From Gammaproteobacteria bacterium (GTDB lineage: Bacteria; Pseudomonadota; Gammaproteobacteria; Natronospirales; REEB76): DNA of 64,000 nucleotides. Positions 57,623-64,000 of this stretch are shown here, in pieces. Numbering within the stretch: the stretch's first letter is position 1; every line of letters begins with the position of its first letter. A program made the translations under genes and the position numbers. The stretch covers positions 9,672 through 73,671 of the forward strand of contig DAHUYB010000087.1 of NCBI GenBank assembly GCA_027315405.1, written 5' to 3'. The notes beneath the pieces are model-generated. The model had not been told where the DNA came from and searched no databases. It was given only the letters and a program-made list of their open reading frames with translations.

Positions 57623-58795
57623 ATGGAAAAGCGGCTCAGGATTGACCTGATTGCGGCGGCCCGGCCCAATTTCATGAAAATTGCACCCTTGTTTCACGCC
57701 CTGCGCGAAGAACCCTGGTGCAATTTGCGGCTGGTACATACAGGCCAGCATTATGACCACAATATGTCGGATACCTTTTTCAAGGATCTGAACTTGCCAC
57801 CTCCCGATCTGCATCTGGGGGTCGGAAGCGGCAGCCACGCCGAACAGACAGCCAGGGTTATGCTGGCGTATGCACAAGCCTGCACCGGGACTCGTCCTGA
57901 TCTGATTGTGGTGGTTGGCGACGTCAATTCAACGCTAGCTTGTGCGCTGGTAGGCGCAAAAGTATGTATCCCGGTCGCGCACCTGGAGGCCGGATTGCGC
58001 AGCAATGATCGCACCATGCCTGAGGAAATCAATCGCCTGGCAACTGACACCATCGCCGATATCCTCTGGACTCCGTCGCCCGACGCGGACGAAAATCTGG
58101 CTCGCGAAGGTGTGGCGACGGCAAAAATTACCCGGGTGGGTAATATCATGATTGACTCCTATGAACTCATGCGGGACCTGATTCAGGCCAGCGGGATGCG
58201 GCGAAGTTTGGGATTGGAAGGCAAGGATTACGGCGTGGTGACATTGCACCGCCCATCCAATGTCGATGTCCCCGTGCTTCTGGGGAAGCTAGTGGGTCAG
58301 CTGGTGAAGATTTCAGAAAAAATTCCAATCATCTTTCCGGTCCATCCACGCACCCGCAAAAACCTGGAACGCTTTGATCTTTGGCAACAACTCACGGTTG
58401 CTCCGGGCATACAAGTCATCGAACCCCTGGGATATGTGGATTTCATGAATCTGGTCTGCGGAGCACGGCTGACCGTAACGGATTCCGGGGGTGTCCAGGA
58501 GGAAACCACCTACCTCGGCATACCCTGTCTTACCTTGCGCGACACTACCGAAAGACCCATCACTGTCACACAGGGCACCAACCGTTTGGTTACAGCGGAT
58601 AATCTTTTGCCGGCAATCAACGACATTCTGGCCGGTCATTGGCCGCGGGGGCGCAAACCGGGACTGTGGGATGGGAGTACGGCCGCACGCGTGGTTGCTG
58701 ACATCACAAAACGCATGAAAATCCCGCAGCCAGCCGTTGTTCAGGATGACAGGAATAGTAATGTATCCGGCAAGAGAATGTTCAGTAATATTTGA
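57623..58795 (+). CDS. wecB: UDP-N-acetylglucosamine 2-epimerase (non-hydrolysing)
   Basis: ATG 57623. MEKRLRIDLIAAARPNFMKIAPLFHAL..., then ...HTGQHYD..., ...VVVGDVNSTLA..., ...HLEAGLRS... and ...DSGGVQEETTYLGIPCLTLRDTTERP.... The track start 57569 is an extension. Confidence 0.92.
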   Translation: MEKRLRIDLIAAARPNFMKIAPLFHALREEPWCNLRLVHTGQHYDHNMSDTFFKDLNLPPPDLHLGVGSGSHAEQTARVMLAYAQACTGTRPDLIVVVGDVNSTLACALVGAKVCIPVAHLEAGLRSNDRTMPEEINRLATDTIADILWTPSPDADENLAREGVATAKITRVGNIMIDSYELMRDLIQASGMRRSLGLEGKDYGVVTLHRPSNVDVPVLLGKLVGQLVKISEKIPIIFPVHPRTRKNLERFDLWQQLTVAPGIQVIEPLGYVDFMNLVCGARLTVTDSGGVQEETTYLGIPCLTLRDTTERPITVTQGTNRLVTADNLLPAINDILAGHWPRGRKPGLWDGSTAARVVADITKRMKIPQPAVVQDDRNSNVSGKRMFSNI

Positions 58796-58854
58796 ACTAC
58801 GTGTAGTCCCGTCAAGTGTAAAAAGTCATGCTATCTGTGATGAATGCCGCGTAA

Positions 58855-60936
58855 ATGCACATTATCGTAATTGTTGGCTATCTTATTGGAACCATTGCTT
58901 TCCTGGCATGCAGTTTGTTGCTTGTCAGCAGTTGGCGTGGCCAACGCACTGGCGCCTTGCTGATACTGGCAACCGCGGTATCCGCACTGTGGTGCGCCTT
59001 TCTGGCCTATGCCGCGTGGCAAGAAACAATTCCGGTAGCCTGGGTCTTTATTGCTGAAATCCTGCGCTATGGAGCGTGGCTCGGCTTTGTGACGGCATTA
59101 TTTGGGTCATGGAAGATGCCGGGTTTGCTCAGAGGATTACGCTGGTGCGTTCACATCCTGTGGGTTGCGCTCGCGCTTTACTGTCTGTGGCCGCTTACGG
59201 GACTTCCACAGCATACCGCCATACGCTTCGTAATCAGCGTGCCGGTTATTGGCATGCTGATTCTTCCCTTGGCCGGATTGGTTTTTCTGGAACAGCTTTA
59301 CCGCAATGTCCAGCCAGAACAGCGCTGGGCTCTTAAATTTCTGATGATTGGTCTTGGCAGTATATTTGCCTACGATATCTTTCTGTATTCTTACGCGGCG
59401 TTATATAAAGAAATCAGCCTGAGCGCATGGGCCGCGCGCGGGTTCGTCAATGCCCTGGTGGTGCCATTACTCGTAGTAGCTGCTGCGCGTAATGCGCAAT
59501 GGTCCTTACAGGTCGCGGTTTCCCGTCGTGTGGTCTTTTATTCCAGCAGCTTATTTGCGGTTTCAATTTATATTATTGCCACTGCGATTGGCGGATATTA
59601 CGTCCGCATGTATGGCGGTGATTGGGGGCGGGTTGCGGAAATAACACTTGCCTGTTGCGCTGTACTGATTCTGTTCCTGATCGCGTTTTCAGGGCACGCA
59701 AGGTCACGGTTGAAAATGTTTTTGCACAAGAACTTCTTCAATTATCGGCATGATTATCGCCAGGAATGGCTGCTCCTCACTGCAACATTATCCAGTGGAA
59801 ACGGAGAACTAAGCCTGCATGCGATTCAGGCCCTGGGTCAGATCATGGACAGCCCAGCGGGGATCTTGTTTCTTGGAAATGAATCCGGTGAATTCGTTTC
59901 GGTCGCCAATTGGAACATGCCCGATCCGGCGGATCTGAAATTCAATTCGACCTTACCACTATTTGAGCGCATGCGTGAACGGCAGTGGATCTATGATTTT
60001 GGCCAACAGCCGCCGTTGGGAGAGGAAAAGCTCGCGGCACCGATTGAATTGAGCGTGCTGCCAAATGCTTGGCTGATGGTGCCGCTGATTCTGGATGCGC
60101 AACTCATGGGTTTTGTGGTGTTGGCTCAGGCCCGGGCGCGGCGCAAACTTGATTGGGAAGATATAGATCTATTGCGAACCGCCGGTCACCAGGTGGCCAG
60201 TACCCTGGCACAGGCGATCAATGCCCGGCGTTTGACGGAGACGCGACAGTTCGAGGGCTTCAACCGGCTCACCGCGTTTGTAATGCACGACATAAAGAAT
60301 CTGGTTGCGCAGCAGTCTTTATTGATCAAAAACGCGGAACGCCACAAGCATAACCAGGTGTTTGTGGACGATATGCTGGCAACTGTCGAAAATTCCGTTC
60401 AACGGATGACAGGGCTGCTCGATCAATTGCGTGGTGACACAACATCGAAGCCGCGCAACCGTGTGCACCTCAATGCCGTTATTGAACGGCTGATTAAGGA
60501 GCGCGGATTACAGTCACCAAAACCAGTATATGTGGCAACAGCCGAGGATCTGTGTGTATTGGCAGATACCGAGCAGCTGATAACAGTACTTGGCCATATC
60601 ATTCGCAATGCCCAGGAGGCAACGCCGAGTGACGGACACGTGCAAGTCCGCGTGCGCCGCGATAAGGATCGCGTGTGCATCGAGGTTGAAGATGACGGGG
60701 AAGGCATGGATGAGGGGTTTGTCCGTAACCGTCTGTTTGAACCTTTTTTTACCACCAAATCCAGCAAGGGCATGGGTATAGGCGCTTATCAAGCAAGGGA
60801 ATATGCTAGGTCACTGGGCGGGAACGTGCGTGTCAACAGCACGCCTGGCCACGGTACGGTATTTACCATGCTGCTGCCGTTGGATATTTCACCCCATGAG
60901 ACTTTCGAGGATGGCTGGAAGAGGGCATCATCTTGA
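58855..60936 (+). CDS. prsK: PEP-CTERM-system sensor histidine kinase
   Basis: 693 aa. The N-terminal ~300 aa are polytopic membrane, followed by a GAF-like middle. The H-box is ...FNRLTAFVMHDIKNL... and the HATPase part is ...EVEDDGEGMD..., ...FFTTKSSKGMGIGAY.... It sits directly upstream of prsR. Confidence 0.88.
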   Translation: MHIIVIVGYLIGTIAFLACSLLLVSSWRGQRTGALLILATAVSALWCAFLAYAAWQETIPVAWVFIAEILRYGAWLGFVTALFGSWKMPGLLRGLRWCVHILWVALALYCLWPLTGLPQHTAIRFVISVPVIGMLILPLAGLVFLEQLYRNVQPEQRWALKFLMIGLGSIFAYDIFLYSYAALYKEISLSAWAARGFVNALVVPLLVVAAARNAQWSLQVAVSRRVVFYSSSLFAVSIYIIATAIGGYYVRMYGGDWGRVAEITLACCAVLILFLIAFSGHARSRLKMFLHKNFFNYRHDYRQEWLLLTATLSSGNGELSLHAIQALGQIMDSPAGILFLGNESGEFVSVANWNMPDPADLKFNSTLPLFERMRERQWIYDFGQQPPLGEEKLAAPIELSVLPNAWLMVPLILDAQLMGFVVLAQARARRKLDWEDIDLLRTAGHQVASTLAQAINARRLTETRQFEGFNRLTAFVMHDIKNLVAQQSLLIKNAERHKHNQVFVDDMLATVENSVQRMTGLLDQLRGDTTSKPRNRVHLNAVIERLIKERGLQSPKPVYVATAEDLCVLADTEQLITVLGHIIRNAQEATPSDGHVQVRVRRDKDRVCIEVEDDGEGMDEGFVRNRLFEPFFTTKSSKGMGIGAYQAREYARSLGGNVRVNSTPGHGTVFTMLLPLDISPHETFEDGWKRASS

Positions 60937-62300
60937 CCGAATCCGCACGCACGTTACTAATCGTAGAGGATGACCCCGGCTTGCAAAGCCAATTACGCTG
61001 GAGTTTTGATAGTTACAACGTCATCATTGCCGGGGACCAAGCTGCTGCGCTTGCTGAAGTGCGCCGTCATGAGCCAGCTGTGGTATTGCAGGACCTGGGC
61101 CTTCCGCCGGACCCCACTGGTACGAGCGAAGGCTTTGCTTCACTCTTGGAGATTCTTCGTCAGGCGCCTTATACCAAAATTATCGTGATCACTGGCAACG
61201 GTGACCGGGATAATGCCTTGCGATCCATAGAACTGGGGGCCTATGATTTCTGCTCCAAGCCTTTGGACGTGGAGGTTCTGCGCATCATAGCGGCACGCGC
61301 TTTCCAATTGCACGAGCTGGAAGTGGAAAACCACAGTTTCAAGGGCCTGTCGGCCTCACTGCTGGATGGCATTATAGCCAAAAGCGAGTCAATGCTGAGC
61401 CTCTGCCGGCTTATCGAGAAGGTTAGCAACACCAACGCAACTGTGCTGCTGCTCGGAGAAACAGGTACCGGCAAAGAACTGTTTGCGCGCGCGTTACATC
61501 GTCTCAGCCCGCGCCGTGATGCGACATTCACCGCCATCAATTGCGCCGCCATACCTGAAAACCTGTTGGAATCGGAATTATTCGGCTACGAGAAGGGCGC
61601 TTACACCGGAGCCAGCAAGCAGACAAAGGGGAAAATAGAGCTTGCACAAGGAGGCACACTGCTGTTGGATGAGATCGGCGACATGCCGCTTGCATTACAG
61701 GCAAAGCTCTTGCGTTTCCTCCAGGAGCGGGTGCTGGAACGTGTCGGAGGACGCGAGGAAATACCGGTGGATGTGCGAATAGTCTGTGCCACGCATCAGG
61801 ACCTTCAGGCGCTCATTCATGCGGGGCGATTTCGTGAAGACTTATATTACCGCATCAGCGAGGTCGTCATGACGATTCCGCCGTTGCGAGAAAGGAACGG
61901 CGACGCGGTGCTGCTTGCACGGCATTTTCTTGAGCTGGCAGTCAAGCGTCATGGTCGGCCCATACGCAGTTTTACTCCCGAAGCATTGCGGGCGATTGAC
62001 AAACATCATTGGAAAGGGAATGTCCGTGAACTCGAGAATGCGATAAATAGTGCAGTAATCATGACCGATGGAAGCCAGATTACACCTAATGATTTGGGTC
62101 TGGCAGCGGTCCCGGGTGACGAGAATATACCGACTTTGCGTCAAGCGCGTATGGCGGCTGAAAAGCGGGCGATACAACAGGCACTGGCAAGAACAGAAGG
62201 AAACCTGTCAAGGGTAGCGGATTTGCTCGGCATAACCCGGCCAACACTTTACGATCTATTGGAAAAATTGGGATTTGATAAACCCGGCGATGCACGTTGA
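60933..62300 (+). CDS. prsR: sigma-54-dependent response regulator of the PEP-CTERM system
   Basis: The TTG start overlaps the prsK stop (TTGA). The receiver is LLIVEDDPGL...D. The AAA+ part has Walker A LLGETGTGKE, a GAYTGA loop and Walker B LLLDEIGD. The C-terminal Fis-type HTH is ...NLSRVADLLGITRPTLYDLL.... Confidence 0.9.
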   Translation: MTESARTLLIVEDDPGLQSQLRWSFDSYNVIIAGDQAAALAEVRRHEPAVVLQDLGLPPDPTGTSEGFASLLEILRQAPYTKIIVITGNGDRDNALRSIELGAYDFCSKPLDVEVLRIIAARAFQLHELEVENHSFKGLSASLLDGIIAKSESMLSLCRLIEKVSNTNATVLLLGETGTGKELFARALHRLSPRRDATFTAINCAAIPENLLESELFGYEKGAYTGASKQTKGKIELAQGGTLLLDEIGDMPLALQAKLLRFLQERVLERVGGREEIPVDVRIVCATHQDLQALIHAGRFREDLYYRISEVVMTIPPLRERNGDAVLLARHFLELAVKRHGRPIRSFTPEALRAIDKHHWKGNVRELENAINSAVIMTDGSQITPNDLGLAAVPGDENIPTLRQARMAAEKRAIQQALARTEGNLSRVADLLGITRPTLYDLLEKLGFDKPGDAR

Positions 62301-62373
62301 CATTGGATTACCTTTGGAACGCGATACCGGGAGGTCCACGGAGATTCACTGGTGGGATCATAGAGAAATCATT

Positions 62374-64000
62374 ATGCTAAACATGAGTATATCAATGACA
62401 CGACGCTGGCTGCCTGCGGTTTGGATCGCTGTCGCTCTGGGCGGCTGTGGCCAGGCCGGCAACCAGGGCAATCTCGCTGTTGGCGAAACTTACGAAGCCA
62501 ATGGACAATACCGTGCCGCATACATTGAGGCCAAGAAGGTTCTGCAGCATGACGCCAGGAATGGCAAGGCATGGCTGCTGCTCGGCAGAGCCTCCCTCAG
62601 GCTTGGTAATCCACTGGATGCTTTCAATGACCTGCAGGAAGCAAAAAATAACGGCATCCCTGAATCCCAGTGGGCGATTCCCATGGGAAATGCGCTGCTG
62701 GTCATGCAGAAGTATGCCGATCTTTTGAAAACGATCTCGCCGGCCAATGTTACATCTCTCGAAGATAGAGCCAATGTATTGGCGCTGCGAGGCGATGCCT
62801 ATCGCGACCTCAAGCAATCTGACTCCGCCAAACAGTCATATCAATCGGCGATTGCGCTGGATGCCAATAATCCCAATGCTCTTGTGGGGCTCGCCAGGTT
62901 AGCGGCAGCCGAGAATGATCTTGATGCCGCCAACAACTATGCGAAGCAGGCACTAATCTCTGCGCCGCATGACGCAAGAATCTGGATTCTGAAGGGCGAT
63001 CTCGCTTTCGACGCGCAGGATTATTCAACCGCGGACGCGGATTATGACATGGCTATGCGCCCTGAAAGCCGGGATCTATTACCTCAATACAAATTCTACG
63101 CACTGGCACGCCTTGCGGATTCCCAGGTTCAACAGGGTGATCTTGAAAAGGCATTAATCGCTATACGTACACTACAAGAGATGGCTCCTGAGCAGCCATA
63201 CCCTCACTATCTGCGCGCCCTGGTTGACTACAAACAGAACCATTTCAGCGATGCCACATCCCAACTTCAGCAGGTACTTAAAGTGGCGCCCGATAACGAG
63301 CCTGCTCAAGTGCTTATGGGCGCGGTGAGTTATGCCCAAGGCAACTTCAGTCAGACCCAGATGTATCTGAGTAATGTGATTGGTATCAATCCGCAAAACA
63401 GTACAGCACGCAAACTGCTGGCCATAACCCTGTATCGAGAAGGGCAGTCCAAGCAGGCACTTAGTGTATTGCGTCCGATTGTGCCAGGTCATTTGTCCGA
63501 TGCCGAACTGCTGGCTCTTATACAGAATGAAACCGCAGAAATCTCCCCGCAGACCGGACATACGATTTCCAACCAGAGCAATCTGCTCAATTCGCAACTG
63601 ACTGTCGCCAGCAAGGCTATCGCTGCGGGTAATGAGGAAGAAGCCATCCAGCTATTGCAAGAGTTTCCAGCGGGGAATCGTTCGTTAGAGTCAAACCGCT
63701 ACAGCATGATGGTGATGGCTTATGTGAGGGAAAAGCGTCCGGATGAAGCCGTCCGCGTGGCGGCCGAATATGTGCATAAAGACCCAGAAAATAGCGCGGC
63801 CTATCTGCTCTATGGCACCGCGTTCATTATTGCAGGCAATCGCGCTCAGGCGCGCGCGGAATACACCAAGGCTTACCAACTGGATCCCCACAATCTCGCG
63901 GCACTGATGAGTCTGGGCAGCCTGGATGCACTCGAACAGCGTTATGGAGACGCAACCAATCGCTATAAGATGGTGTTGAAAGCGAATCCTGATAATGCTT
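62374..64000 (+). CDS. prsT: PEP-CTERM-system TPR-repeat lipoprotein, 3'-truncated by the window edge
   Basis: Not in the track because there is no stop before the window end. My translation is MLNMSISMTRRWLPAVWIAVALGGCGQAG..., with lipobox LGGC. TPR-like repeats then run uninterrupted to nt 64000 (...AWLLLGRASLRLGNPLDA..., ...ALVGLARLAAAENDLDAA...). Possible starts are 62374, 62383 and 62395. Confidence 0.85.
   Translation, partial: MLNMSISMTRRWLPAVWIAVALGGCGQAGNQGNLAVGETYEANGQYRAAYIEAKKVLQHDARNGKAWLLLGRASLRLGNPLDAFNDLQEAKNNGIPESQWAIPMGNALLVMQKYADLLKTISPANVTSLEDRANVLALRGDAYRDLKQSDSAKQSYQSAIALDANNPNALVGLARLAAAENDLDAANNYAKQALISAPHDARIWILKGDLAFDAQDYSTADADYDMAMRPESRDLLPQYKFYALARLADSQVQQGDLEKALIAIRTLQEMAPEQPYPHYLRALVDYKQNHFSDATSQLQQVLKVAPDNEPAQVLMGAVSYAQGNFSQTQMYLSNVIGINPQNSTARKLLAITLYREGQSKQALSVLRPIVPGHLSDAELLALIQNETAEISPQTGHTISNQSNLLNSQLTVASKAIAAGNEEEAIQLLQEFPAGNRSLESNRYSMMVMAYVREKRPDEAVRVAAEYVHKDPENSAAYLLYGTAFIIAGNRAQARAEYTKAYQLDPHNLAALMSLGSLDALEQRYGDATNRYKMVLKANPDNA

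Overview
64-kb proteobacterial chromosomal window. I found no rRNA, tRNA or CRISPR by eye. (1) 1-4.8 kb holds the end of the ribosomal-protein supercluster: secY (5'-truncated), rpmJ, rpsM, rpsK, rpsD, rpoA, rplQ. (2) 4.8-15.3 kb holds an SLC13-type permease, two decayed IS transposase genes (an IS110-family pseudogene abutting an IS1380/IS4-like fragment), manC-manB (GDP-mannose supply), uvrA, and vapB with a truncated vapC. (3) 15.4-64 kb is one very large exopolysaccharide (EPS) locus of the exosortase A (XrtA)/PEP-CTERM type, on the + strand except for one gene. It starts with a UDP-HexNAc dehydrogenase/4-epimerase pair. The conserved core follows at 18.7-33.9 kb: priming sugar transferase, Wza-like exporter, chain-length determinant, separate Tyr-kinase ATPase, outer-membrane barrel, ExeA-like ATPase, deacetylase, FemAB-like protein, two 'stp' glycosyltransferases, an XrtA-EpsI fusion and an AsnB-like amidotransferase. 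A visibly AT-richer, mosaic variable arm lies at 34.9-57.1 kb, followed by wecB and the regulators prsK-prsR-prsT (prsT runs off the window). The variable arm is the part most worth a second look. It carries two clear sulfotransferases plus a third sulfotransferase-like gene. It also has an ATP-grasp/(alpha/alpha)-repeat pair and a phosphatidylserine-decarboxylase-like enzyme coupled to a 67-aa membrane protein. Finally, it encodes two paralogous large secreted proteins of a family I cannot name: one is a predicted lipoprotein, and the other ends in a tail that reads like GlyGly-CTERM rather than PEP-CTERM. All functional calls come from reading the translations and from remembered family signatures. 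No database search, HMM run or structure prediction was possible.
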